Source: Bugula neritina (Eukaryota; Animalia; Bryozoa). From it: 64,000 nucleotides of DNA. Positions within the stretch are counted from its first letter, which is position 1, and the number at the start of each line of letters is the position of its first letter. Under the pieces are notes generated by a model. The model searched no databases. It saw nothing but the letters and a program-made list of their open reading frames with translations, and was not told the DNA's origin. The translations under genes and the position numbers were made by a program. The stretch lies in NCBI GenBank assembly GCA_964035545.1, contig OZ037766.1, positions 12,948,722 to 13,012,721 of the forward strand. Reading direction: 5' to 3'. Of the stretch, positions 40,601 through 54,500 are shown in pieces.

Positions 40601-43600
40601 TGATTCGACAACTGCTGATTTGACAAAACCCTGTCCATCTAGTAACTTGCCTACCCATTCAAAGAAGTGGCATTCTAGTGGCAATTTATTAGCCATCCCG
40701 TTTGAGCAATATGAGAGACAGGTGTCAGAGTTGTCTAGGCCTAAACGAAAACACAGTGGTATAGTATTTTGTACTTGTGAACTTTATACAATATTTTCGA
40801 AAAACATTTATCTATAAAATAAATGATTAAATTTGACAGAAAATGCCTTCAACATTCATTAAAATTTCACTATCTTGATTAAATGTGTCTTTCACTATTG
40901 AAAGAGTTAAGGATTGCATTGTAAAGTAGGCCGGTATGTTTGATAATAGCTGTGCTTCACTATTAAAATTCTAGGCGAGAGGTCTAGAATGTTCCGTACA
41001 CCATCTCCTCAATCAATGTTAAGGAAAGACGTCTTGCACACTAGACCTTCATCCACTCCTCCTGTCATATTACCGACCAATGAGAGAGGACCAGAAAATT
41101 CAACCAATAAACAGTCTCAAGGCAATGTTCTTAAAGACAGGTCAACATATGACCAATTGAAACAACTGAAACCAGAACTGTCTAGTAAACAGACTGTTTC
41201 CTGCAAAGGTTAGTTAAACATATTTTATTAGAATTTGCTAATCATTTTGACAATTTTATTTCTCAAATTGATAATTTTTTTTTGCTTTTCTGTTAGGTTG
41301 ATGTCAATTGTTTGTTGCAGTAGTATTACCTTGTAAAGCTGTGCACAAAGATACTAATTTTGCAATCAATAGATACACAAAGTTTTTAAAACTAAATTAT
41401 TTTAAATATTAATTTGTGATACTTACCCAGCAGTTTTAATGTAATATTAGGAGTTGACTGTTTAGTAATTTGGGAAAAGACAGTAAGGTAGATTAATTTC
41501 CTCAGTGATACATGGTCACATGACTTTATATGTCACAGGCTTAAGTAATCAGGATGTTTTGTTATGCTCTGTTTTCAGTATTGACTCGTAATACATTTTA
41601 TGAGCATGCTCAGTGCACTTGGTAAGTGTTTCTGTAGTCAAGCTCAGTTTATGATTTAATTTAGCCTTCTGCTAAAAGTTGCCTTTCTAGAACACAGACA
41701 ATAAACCCTAAACTAGTGTCTATTTGCAGTATATAAGTTTTGTAAATAAAACCTGCATCCATATTAGCATTCTTTATAACCAAGCATGCTGATCCACACT
41801 GTGAATGCAGAATAAGTTTATTTAAATTATGTAAGCAATTGTGCCTGTCTTCCGCTCTTAGTATCCCATGAAATTTTTTATTATACTGATTCCTGTAGTT
41901 GTATTTGTGTTCCATGGTGGATGTTTATATTTTTGGTAACCAAGTTTAATTTGATTAGTTATTGTTACTTTGTTTGTTTGCTTTACTTCCACTTTACACC
42001 TGATGTTGTGTTTATTTTGTTTTAGGTTGTTGAACAATATTGGTTTATAATTTAAGTTGTTTATTTTAGTATAATCAACTGGAAAGCATGTTTTGTTTTC
42101 TTTCACCCACAGCATTGAAGTCATTACTTGACGATCTGGACCCCTGCCACGATCAACCAACACATCAATGGCTGTCAGCCAGGGTCTCAGATAAAGAAAA
42201 AAACTCTGAGGAAGATATAAGTCTGGAAGACTGGTTTCAAAATGCCCCCGACAGGTGATCTCTACAGTGTAGTCGTTACATGTCAATCAAACTGAATTGC
42301 TTCTGTTAGTAGAAGCTACTTTTCTAACAAGAATTCTGATTGGTCGATATTTTAGCGTAAAACAGAAGCTGGCTTCTCTGTTATCTGGAGTATCGAGTAG
42401 CAATCCTCAACGGCAAACAGATGACTGTAAAGCAGTTACTAAGTCTGTAGACATACAGGTGTCTCCTGTACACACATGCAACTCTTCTGATGATACTCTG
42501 AGGAGCACATCTCCAATTGCAGACGTTGATCACAGTGAAGTATGTACATGTGTCTATCAACTAATTGTCATAAATGTGTTGTTCTACTCACTATGTGCAG
42601 GTGATATCTGCATAATGTGCATAATATATGCTGCTAATAATGCACTAAACAAATGCAAAGTGTAGCAATCCTATACAAGTATATATATTTTAGTCAAGCT
42701 GTGATGCACGTTGATTCTATTTTGCTGTTAATCGTCTGATAAATAATTGCAGTCTCTGAGTGAGTATATACCCTACACTGCCAACACAGATGACATGCCT
42801 TTATTGGTTATTGAAAAGTCACCATCTTCTAGTCAGAACTCTGTTCAGTCGTTAAAGAGAACAGAGTCCTACACTGTGTTTGAACCTTCTTCTACCAGCA
42901 TTGATACAGTATGTGCTCTTCACATACAATTCTCTGCATTTTTAACAATAATACAGAAAATTAAAAAGAGGGGAGTCTTGCAGTACATTTATGGGGTGTC
43001 GAGCTGTTTTTATTTTGATATTAAATCAAATAATATTTTATCTGTTCTCAATCTTCTTTGCTGATTTTGTTTAAACTTTTTTTTATTAATATTCAGATTT
43101 TACAAAAATCTTGTTTATTAGTATTAACTTTGTCTCCAAAGGTGATAGAAGTAGAAAGCATGCCAAGTCTACCACTTGTTCCTCCTCTACGGCTAGCTCG
43201 TGACTCTCCAACTTGCGCTGATGAAAGCATCAAGGAAAACAGTTCTGCTTGTACTGGTGAATGTTACTCATAGCGTTCCTCTCTAATTAGTTAGAAGTCT
43301 TTATGTAAATTCGTGTTTCTAAGATTCGAAAACTTGAAAATCAAGATTTGATGAAAAATTTTGTATGAGTTATTTGGAATTTTCATATTTGGTCTCAAAA
43401 CTTTCTACAACTTTACCTTAGTCATTATACTTTTGGTAATAAAATGTATCTTATGTCAATAGTATTTATTTACAGCAACAAATGTGTTGCAAAATATCGG
43501 TTGGTTTTAATCAGATACTAGACAAAAGAAACATATGAAGCATATGCTGTTACAGGAATGTCCAAAACCCAATGATACGCCCTATTATATAATTTTAAGT

Positions 43601-46600
43601 CAAATTTGCTTGTATTGAGCTTCTTCATACTTGCGGCGTAACCATTTGTTTTTAACTTTGCAGCTTTAAAATAACTTTCCCTAAAGTATTAAACAGATGA
43701 ATGCAAATAATTAAATATTTTATTGCTTTTAAGATGGAGGGAGAAAGAGATCGCTATCAATGCAATCTTACACTGTTGAAGAGCCCTCTGAAGCATTGAT
43801 CAACTTTACACTCTCTTCTACTTCTGATGACTTAGCTGAAACTTCTCTTCCAGCCCATAATAGTTCCAAGAAATCTGATGCTGTTCACAAACATGACTCA
43901 ACAACGAATTCTACTGAAAAGTCTTCAATAAAACTTTTTAAATCAAGAATTCCCACACCAAAATCAACCAACACTTTGCTATCTAAATGCCATTTTGATA
44001 CTCCTTCACCTGCGGTTGACAAAGGTGAATCAGAGGCCAAACGAGAATTGCAGATAAACAACAGACCATTCAGCACACCTGTGAATGCTGCGCGACATCG
44101 GCAGTTTGTAAGGCTGGTCAATCAGAAGGCGCTGAGTAATCGTTCTCTGACGCCCACACCGCCCAGCAGGGCCATGACTCCAACACCCCCTAGCAGACCT
44201 CGTTCTGAACTCGGCACTCGGTACACACGATCTCGGTCTCACTCTAGGGGCAGAGATAGAAGTACTAAAGGTTTGTTTATGTGAGATGTATATATCTTTA
44301 CTGATGACTTGTTTCTTATGACTAAAGTTGCCGTTCTAATATTTTCTAATTTAATTTTATTTACTACTTGGGTATAGTGCAGACGCCAGATATTTGTTCA
44401 GAAATCAACCATGCTGGAACCTCTAAGTCGACAAAAAAGCCTGCAACTGAAAATAAACACGGAGAAAAGTGTGATTCGAGGCGTGGTATTAAAAGTGACG
44501 TAGATCCAGCCACAAGTCAATCAAAGGTTGAAGTGGAAAGTCCTCTAAAGGTACTGTAATGCAGCATATCCGTGATTCGTGAATGATGGGCAAAATTTTT
44601 TACTAACTTTGCTATCTAAAAATTGCATTTTGCTGTTTTTCTTTAAACCAAAAGCTATAACTTAGCTAATCGAGTCAACAGGATATTATAAAATGTGGAA
44701 TATTATAATCAGTTTGAATATATTGCTAAAGCAGTCCAATTATTATATATATAATACGTTGGAGTAGTAATTTGTTACTTGTGTGCATATATATACATGC
44801 TGTAGTAGGTGATTTATTTTATTAATATTATGATTTAGGATTATGAGGGAAAGAAGAACAAGCTTGCTAAAGCGAGAAAACAGCTTGCTTTGCTGAAGTC
44901 AAAGTTTTTATCTATAGCCAGCAATAAACAAATGCTGCAGGTAAAGTGACATGCTTTACTTCCAACGTGGTTATGTTGTCCTGTCTATGAGATTAGATTA
45001 TAAGCTGACAGCAGATGGGCACAGAGAATTAGAAATATGCTTTTTGCTCATTGTGAGATGATTAAGCAGTTTATCTGTTGTTTTCTGTAGTTTTAAAGTA
45101 TACCAGCACAAGTATCTGGTAATATAGGCCTAAAAGGAAAACATATATTGTAATAATAGATCTATTGTCATCTGTCAGACCAAAAGATGTTGTGGTAAAC
45201 AAATCTTTAATTTGTAATTTTTAAACATCCTTCAATTTACTAGTTTTTAAAATAAAATTTACTATATTATGTACTTCAGAAAGATGCTTTAGTGTACTCT
45301 GTTGATGAGAGATGCTCTACCACATAGAATGGATCTGGTGTGTTTTCGGCTCTTATAGCTGGTCTGTTCTTTTCTTGCAGTCTGAGATACAAAGTCAAGA
45401 TATCAGTGATGATAAAATTACTAAAGCTGTGAATGATAATGCCTCAAGCGCTTCTGAAAATGGTGCAGGTAACTTTTCTCATGTTATGCTGTATAATTTT
45501 ATGAAAGAGCCTGACTTGGGTATTGCCCATGCAATTACAATATAGGTTTCACAAAAATATAAACTATATATGGCATTGTCAATATGTAAGTTAGGTTTGT
45601 CTACGTTGAAGTGTCTGTGTGAAATAACAGCCCTTTTAGAAAACCAGGGACTTCTTAAGCACCGTACATTGTGTATGTTCATAATCATCTGAACTCTGAA
45701 CAGACATCTTTCAACACTGGCATACTTTGATTAGTTGCGAAGTTAAAAATACTAATATCTAAATGAAATCAAATACAGTTTGTTACAAGACAAGCTGTAG
45801 ACACAATTCCTCTGTTCTCTTTGCTAGCAAGGAAATATTTGCATTAAAATGGTGCTGTTTCCATACATTTGTCTGTATTTGTGGTGAACGGTTTCAACAG
45901 TCAACATTTTTGAAAAAAAAAGTATTAGAGTATACAGACCCTCAATTCGACTTTTTGTAGAGAATGAGCAAAATTTTCTGCTGTTTAAAGCCAATTATTT
46001 TTTTGCAGCATCAAATATCTTTATTTAAGCAATTCGTGATAAAACTTTTGTAATTTCAGGTAAAGGCAAGGAGAATAATTTGTCTGTTTACCATACAAAG
46101 CAGACTACACAGAATGTATCTTCTGCGGTAGCCACACCAAACTACCAATATTATATAGAAGAAACTAAAGAGTCTAGGTAATGGTTTTAAAATAAATGTT
46201 GAACATGTTGCATTACATTAAATAATATGTTTGCACATACAACATTTGCTAATATTTCATTATTTTGTATGTTAATTTGAAGGTCTTTTGGCTTGGATGA
46301 ATTGTTATAAAAAGGTTTAGCATGAAACATCTCTATCTCTGTAGAAAATTTAATGGCTTGATATGCTCATAGATTAGTGTATGGACGACATTTTAACTTG
46401 ACCTTGACATGCACTTTAACTGATTGTTTTTAGTCCAACTGGCAACATTCTCTCAGTGAGTCACAAGAATAATCGAGCTTCTGGTGATCACGGAGAAAGA
46501 AATGTGAGACTTGCACATTCAGATTATCAAGATACACCACAGCTAAAGGTAAAATAATTGGAAATAAATGAATCTGTGTGTAGAATTACCCACTTAGAGC

Positions 46601-48158
46601 ATTGTTGAGATTTTTAAATTAGTGTTTAAAAGTTATGTTAATCAAAAATGGCTCTTTTCTCTATGAGTTTTTTATTTTTATTTTTTCATATAATCAATTT
46701 AAATACAAATAGAGATATAGCCTACTATAAAGTAAAAAATATATTGCCTTACATTGCTGGCTAGAAACTGCAAGGAAATGTAGTTTCTTGTTATACTATT
46801 TATAGCTGTTATGTGTAGCTGAAGTTTTAACAGATATGATACGCTGGTTTGTTGCTAAAGCGTTGTATATGTGTGTGCCTCGCACTGGTTTGCGTGCATA
46901 CATGATAAAAGAAGATAATTCCAAAATTCAGCCCTTGGAATTCATGTTATATTCTCAATGTTTCATATATTGCAGAAGACTACAAACAGTAAACTTCATG
47001 CACTAGTCAAAGGCCATCTCTGTCGAAAGCTATATAAATCATCTAAAGTCAAATCAATTGTTAAAACAATACAGGTAAGCGCTAAACTACAGAAAATTTG
47101 ACTTGAAATCCTTAGTAATTGTAAAAACTGATGTTGTACGTGTGAGCAAAACCGTCTTATAATTAACTATGGCTCCTCACCAGCTAGCCTTGTTATTATT
47201 GAGCACTTGGTCGTGTACATTATTAGGTAGTTCTGTTCCTAATTTTTTAATATAACAATTTCCTATCTCGAGGTCTATGAGCTTAAACCAACTATCTAAA
47301 TGTTTTTAGGACTGCCAAAACCTGTTACCTAGTATTTCTCGAGCTGGTAGCAACTTTGCTATACAGGACGTCAATTTCCAAACGAAATTAAAAATTCAGG
47401 TAATTTATATGTGTGATTGAATTTCATTGAAGTTCTGCATACAAAAAGATAAGCGCAAGGTGGCTTGATAATTTGCTTTTCGCCATGATTATTTGCTGTA
47501 TGACACATACTTCAGGAATGTGCATGTATTCTACGTAGTTTAGGCAAGCAAGGAAAAATAACAGTTCGCAATGCATTAATGAGTTTCAAGCCTCATGAGC
47601 ATATTTAACAGCTCTGTATTTTTCTTCAAAAATATTTTTATGAATTACATTGTTTATGCACAGATGGTTGCGGCTAAAAAAGATTTGTATAAGGTTTTCT
47701 TCAACACACCCACACATCAAAAGATGGCCCTTATAAAGCAATCGGAGATGGTATTGGCAAGGCATCGGCAAAGACGGCTCAACAAGGTAATAAACATTTA
47801 TTATGGGGGAATGCATCAATACCTTTGCATTCATCTGCCTGTTGCATGTTTCTAATTTTCTTTTGAACTTTTCAACATATACACCTCCGCTTTGTATGGT
47901 GACTGCTTGGTTATTTAGTTCTCATCATGAAGTACAGTCGTTTATATAGACAAAAATTAGAGCATTTTCAAGTGATAACCGTCTTGGTTTCACAGCATAA
48001 TTGTAAATTGATTTATACAGAGCAAATCTACAGACGCTAGCTCTCGCTCTACCAGAAGAGGATCAAACAGGAATGAGAATTTGAGAGTACATACCAAGCC
48101 CCGCTTACACACCTCCATGCACACCACTGTAAACCAGCAACATCTACACAACACTAAT
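37696..48158 (+). CDS. CCP110: Centriolar coiled-coil protein of 110 kDa-like
   Basis: N-terminal exons 37696-37854 and 38120-38251 give KILPPPVMTLEKRRKMQLYRKQAYIVEVRIK..KALLNSIQ. C-terminal exons (~46976-47074, 47310-47399, 47664-47786, 48021-48158) give the IQ-like KLHALVKGHLCRKLYKSSKVKSIVKTIQD and QDVNFQTKLKIQMVAAKKDLYKVFF. Ser-rich middle exons include 38391-38496, 40341-40459, 40551-40758, 40975-41208, 42113-42254. Not every middle exon was resolved, and the start could be the ATG at 37705. Confidence 0.8.
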
Positions 48159-48539
48159 AATATGAAACCTTTAGTAGTATAGTTATATGTGAAGCATTGT
48201 GTGAATTTTTTATGTATTTATTGCTTTTGTTTATATTGCTACCTAGAACAGAAAATTTATTAGTATTATGTGTTTATAAATGGTGCTATATGCAATACTG
48301 TAAGTTGTGTATATGTGAATTGTTTTTCTTTAGTGACACCAAATACATGTTAAAAACTCACCATTTATCATTCATTAGTTACAAATGAAAATTCACAAGC
48401 AAATAGCAAAATTCTTGACAACCAACTATATTTTGTTACAGAAATATAAATAAACACTTTTGATGCATAAAAATGCACTAAAAACAGCTTTCATAAATGC
48501 TACATAATGTTCTGGGTGTGAAGTTAGAACCATGGGAAG

Positions 48540-51500
48540 CTACAACTGAGTGGCTACAGCAGCAATCACAGCAGCTCCAATGAAAGCAAACCAGCCCGTT
48601 TTATAAATAGTTCCCAAGTCAAAGCCTTTGCCAGTATCCCAACCCTACAGAAGTCAACAAAGTTTTACACGTTTCCTTAACAAGTTTATAAACTTTTGAA
48701 AAATTATACAATTTATTGAAATATTGTGACAATTGCAAAAACTAATACTTAGGTTTTATATGAAATACTGATATAATTTCACAGAGAAAAGATGTTGCCA
48801 TGATTCAAGTGCACACAAAAAGTTTTTTTTGTGGCACCTTTTACACAAAATAGCACCTTATAAAATTTTTGGAGTTATGCTGTTTGCGCAAAATCACAAT
48901 TGAATTATTTTCAGAAGGTAAAAAATGAAATAATGATTGAGAAGAGTTTTGTCAAACTATAAAAATTAAAAAGTAAATTGAGCAATTTCAGAATTTTAAC
49001 CGAAATAAATTTCACAAATTTGAAAGCAAGTCAATCAAAATTGTCAAACCAATTGGTTGAGCAGGTCAGGTCAAGCAAATCTAATGCAGCCCATTCAACC
49101 TGTGGGCTATTCTTTAAAATAAATGGCTCAAATTAAAAATCAATTGACAGTTTTAATTTCATAGAAAGAAATTCTGCAAATCTTAATAAAATAGGTTAAA
49201 GTTCATTATAGAGTAAAGTGAAAAACTGCGCTAATTAAAATTTTCAACATTAACAAGCAAGTTTTTAGTTGTATTTCAGTAACTTAACATCATAATCAGA
49301 GTTTAGAAACATCGTGAAGTTTCCTAAACAATAGTTATAAGCTTACCAAGTGCCTGGCCCCGTTTATAGCATGATAAGCAAGAGGGTATGCAAGAATGAA
49401 TTTGGCCGAGGTGATAAGTGCAGGGCCAAGACTCCAATCTTTCACCATATTCAAATAAGTAATATAGTCACCAGGAAGTAGGCATATGGTGTATCCAAAT
49501 ACATAAAGTGCTACAACATAGACATAACCAGCATAATAACAGTAGTGAAACTGACCTACAGATAATAAATTTTAATTTCAAACATTCAAACAAAAAAGTA
49601 TGTATAAAAGAGCAAAAATAAAATACCTGTAGTCATGGCACATCCAGTTATTCTGTGCATTAGTGAGGTGTTCATAGGTAACTGCCACCTTAATACATAA
49701 ATTACATGAGGAAAGCTTATCCAAAATAATATGTGTTTCATTAAAGTAGCTTTTTTTCAGTAACACCCAAGGTAAACGTGATCAAAATACACCTCTAGTA
49801 AATAGTGTTTTTATTCTATAAGTTATAACCCATTAATTCCTCTTCTCAGTAATGAACTTGAAAATTACAACTATTTTGCTTTCAATATTCCAGTAACATA
49901 AATTTACATCAACTGTACACGCAACAAAATTTTCTTACTATAGCTTATAATACAGCATATGCATGAACTTTCTCTATATTATATTGGCTTTATTTCAAGA
50001 AAATACAGAAACTTACTTCCAAATAGTTAAATGTGGAGAAATAGGTCTCTGAATCTTTTCATTTTTTATCCAATGACCTGTCATCTCATACTGAGCTTTT
50101 CCAACAGTGTCCGTGTGGCTTTTGACACTGTTAATCGAAACAATAACATAATATAACCAAATAAAATGCTATTTTTACTATAAAATCATAAAATTCATAA
50201 ACCTGTAAATAAATCAAAACTGCATTAACCTTCAACTAAACTCACCAGCATTGTGTAGTTGATAGAGTACGAGGCAATAAGCTATTATAGCTTTGTAAAA
50301 CTTGATAGAGGCATCTTCGATTAGTAGCCCTAAATAAAACAAAGCACAGCACAAATACTAATTACTAATTTTCACAGATTTGTGTGGGACAAAAAACGAT
50401 AATATACATTAATAGTAGACATTATTTTTAATGAATACTCATTAATAACATATTTTTTTCAAACAACAAGATTTATAGAAAATGCAAAATTAATGAGTTA
50501 ATGCAGGTCAAAGGGATTATTTATGCACTAAATAACAAGCAATTGATCCAACTTTCTTTAAATATTATACATATTGTATTTCAATAATATTCAAATAAAT
50601 TGCACATAAAATACACATATTTTCCAAAATAAATAAATAGCGTCCAACTGGAAAGTGTCTATCTGGGATGACACCAACACTAATCCATTAATTCAGAGCT
50701 TTAATTCAACTGGGAGTTTTTGTGCACATGCGAACACGAACCACAAAATAAGCACAAAATATTTGTAAAATGTAGGGTTTATTATCTTTTAGTTTTTTAA
50801 CTTTCAAAATACAAAAACTTATAGTAGTACTAATATTAATACCAATAGTGACTGTGATAGTGATACTGTAATAGTTTAAATTTTATTTTAAAATCAATGT
50901 TATACTTATTTATACATATATTATTAGTTATAGTTATATATAAGACTGAGCTTAGTTTAAGTTATACTAATATTTATAATTACAATATAAGATTAAGTAT
51001 AAGTTATGGTAAAAGTAAATCAAAATGTAATAGCAATACTAATACTATTAGTATTACTAATAGTATTACTAATACTATTAGTAATACTAATAGTATTAGT
51101 AATACTATTGTAGTGAGTACGTAACACGCGCGTCCCCCAAACCCCTATTAGCCAATAAGAGTGCGTCATGTGATAACCCCCAGCGATGTAGAAAGTAGTA
51201 GTAGAGAGAGCGTACTAAACGAGTAAAGATGTAGTGTTTCTAATCCGTGTACTTTTTGTATCTTTCAACCTACTTAGTAGTAAATAAACCTCGTTGAATC
51301 TTATTTAGACAATTTATTGATGTGGATAAATAGACTATAATTACAAGCTAGGAACTCACGCGCAGTAATTGCACAAATTACTACAGTGGTGGCAGCGGTG
51401 GGATTACTAGCTACTATATAAAGACAATGGGAAAGTATTAGAACATCATGGCCGAAAGTGTAGCTTCAACTGAAGAAGGTGAGCGAAACATTATCATAGA

Positions 51501-54500
51501 CCCTCTCGGAGTTGGAGAGGAGGCGTATAGGAATACATTAGAGGCTCCCGTATTCACGGGCCTTGAAGATGTTGAACAGTTCATTCAAGAGTTCCGTGAA
51601 GTTGCAGCCATTACAAGATGGCCGCCAAAAGTAACCCTGATGAAACTACGAATGGCACTGGGGGGGGGTCTAGCGTAGACGGGATCATTGCTACGCTACG
51701 AGCCCGTTTTGGCATACCCGTTGCCGTCGCAAAGTCCAGGCTGCAAGGACTGCTCCGCAAGACATGTACACCGCTTCCTGATCACGCTACACTGGTGCAG
51801 AGACTGGCACGGACCGCGTATAGCGATCTGCCAGAAACACACAGACGGCGCTATACATTCGAAGCTTTTGTACAGTCCCTCAACTCTTTGGACTTCCACC
51901 ACCAGTTACAAGCAAAGGGAGTAACCACGATCGAGGCCGCAATTCAAGAAAACAAGGCCTACGTTGGGGCCGAGCAGCTCTACAAGACGGAGGAGACTAC
52001 TCCGCAGACTTCTAGAGAGCCAGACCACCCGGTCCGAATAGCTGCCGCTACCACTAGCCCCCCTATAGAGATGGAGGTTGACCGCTTGATGACTAAACTG
52101 GGACAATTGGTGGCAACCATAACATACAACAACTCCAGGAAATATAAGAGACCAGCAACAAAACCCCCCAGACCCACTATACAATGCTGGGAATGCGGCA
52201 TCAAGGGACACCGCCGCTCAAGCTGCCCACGACTCAAACGGCAGCAGAAACCCCAACCTCCCCGGAGACCTCCAGAGCTCCGCAGACCCAAACCGAGAGG
52301 AAAACGGGGTGGATGTCGCCAGGAGCCCGTACGGGCCCAGCGGCACGCCCCCCATCAGTGGCAAACACCCCGCCGAACCAGCCAACCGGGTCGACCACGA
52401 GACCCCTTCTCTCTACCTCTCACCAACCGCTTCGGTCCGCTACCAGAAATGGAGCTGACCAGCGAGGCCCCTCAGGGCATCGGGGAGGATCAAAACACCC
52501 CCCGCAAGGAAACTCTTACCGGCCCCGCAAACCGCGGAACAAACGGGCCCAGCCCCGTTCGGCCGAGACCGAGCACGCTGGGGGAGTACGGGTACAACCT
52601 CACGGAGGTAGCTACTTCTTGCCAGGAAAGGTGGCTGGCAAAGCTGTCACCTTTCTGTTAGACTCCGGGTGTACCACTAATATCCTCAGCCGTCGGGTCT
52701 TTGACACCCTCCCCCCTAGGGAGAGGGGAGCCTTAGCTCCCTATACCGGGGAACCGGGCACCCTAGCTGACGGGTCACGGATTCCTTTCTACGGTATCAT
52801 AGAACTGACTGGGCGCGTCCGCGACCAGGCCATCCAGGAAACCTTCATCATCAGCCAACTTGAAGAGGATGCCATACTGGGGATGCCGTTCTTGAAGAGA
52901 CACGGGTGCCGTATTGACTTTAGCAAGTCAGCCATGCTAATGGGCGGCAGGGAGCTCGCCTGTGTCGACAAGTTCGGTCGTCCCCTAGCGGGAGGCGTGC
53001 AGGTAGTACGGAACTGTACTATACCCGGCCGTTCCCGGGCTACCGTTCACTGCAGAGTGAACAATAGCCAACTCTCGGGGTTAGGGGTTGTCGAAGGTGC
53101 GCACACAAGAATCCAACTCGCCAGCAGTCTTAACCGGCTGACTGACCGAGGAGAGATCTTGGTGCAGTGTGTCAACCCCTTCTCCGAAGCGGTACAATTA
53201 CCGTCAGGATCCATGCTGGGCCGCTTCCACTCCATCCAGGAGGAAGATATAGGGCCGTCGCTGGGAGCTGCGACGGAAGGTCCCCAACAGAGCCCGTCGG
53301 TTAGGCAGGGGACCGTCCCACCACACGTCAAAGAGCTATACCAGGCAGCGTGTGACGGCTGCACGGGCAACGTGGAACGCCAGGCCATGGCTCAGTTGCT
53401 ACGTGATTATAGCGACGTGTTCAGCAGCGGGGACCATGACGTCGGTCTGACCACGGCCGTCCGTCATGAGATACCGCTAGCTGCGGGGACTACCCCTATT
53501 CGACAGCCCATTAGGAGGCTGGGACCCGAGAAGGAAAAGGAGGTCAGCCAACAAGTCCGGGATCTTTTGGACCGCGGCCTCATCGAGCCAGCACATAGTG
53601 CGTGGAGCTCGCCGGTCGTCCTGGTCCGAAAGAAAGACGGCAGTTGGCGGTTCTGTGTGGATTATCGCAAGCTCAATAGCGTGACCATACAGGACGCCTA
53701 CCCCTTACCCAGGATCGACGAATCTCTGGACGCCTTAGCCGGCAGCAAGTACTTCAGTACGCTAGACTTGTTGAGCGGCTATTGGCAGGTCCCCCTCAGC
53801 CCGGACGCCCAGGAGAAGGCGGCGTTCATCACGCGGGACGGCTTATGGAAGTGGAAAGTCCTCCCCTTTGGACTGACTTCTGCCCCGCCACGTTCCAGAG
53901 GCTCATGGAACAGGTCCTCAGTGGACTCCACTGGAAGACACTGCTGGTATACCTCGACGACGTCATCGTGATCTCCCCAGACTTTCAAACACACATCAGC
54001 CGTCTGCGGGAGGTCTTCGATCGACTCCGAGGTGCCAATCTGAAGCTCAAACCCTCCAAGTGCGCTCTCTTGCAGCCAGAGGTGAAGTACCTGGGGCACG
54101 TCGTCGGCCGTCACGGTGTGGCGACGGACCCTGAAAAGGTACGAGCTATAGAAGATTGGGTAACCCCCCAGGATTTGACCGGACTACGGGCCTTCCTGGG
54201 GCTGGTAGGGTATTACATGCAATACATACCAGACTTTGCGGGGGTAGCGCAGCCATTAAACCGGCTCACCGCAAAGGGGGTGACCTGGCAGTGGACTCCC
54301 GTCGAACAGAGAGCGTTCGACTGCCTCAAGGGCCGCCTGCTAGAGGCCCCTATCTTAGCCTATCCAGACCCTGCCCTGGAGTACATCCTAGATACCGACG
54401 CCAGTGACCAAAATGTCGGCGCTGTGCTGTCCCAGGTGCAGGAGGGCCGCGAAGTGGTCGTGGCCTATTACAGTAAGTCTCTCTCACCCACTGAACAAAA

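Noticed and set aside
49627-50127. Rhodoquinone-adapted SDHC like that of parasitic nematodes
   Set aside because: The Q-site segment WQLPMNTSLMHR keeps the Trp/Met/Ser/aliphatic/Arg pattern of ubiquinone-type enzymes, not the nematode TW..SG.HR pattern.
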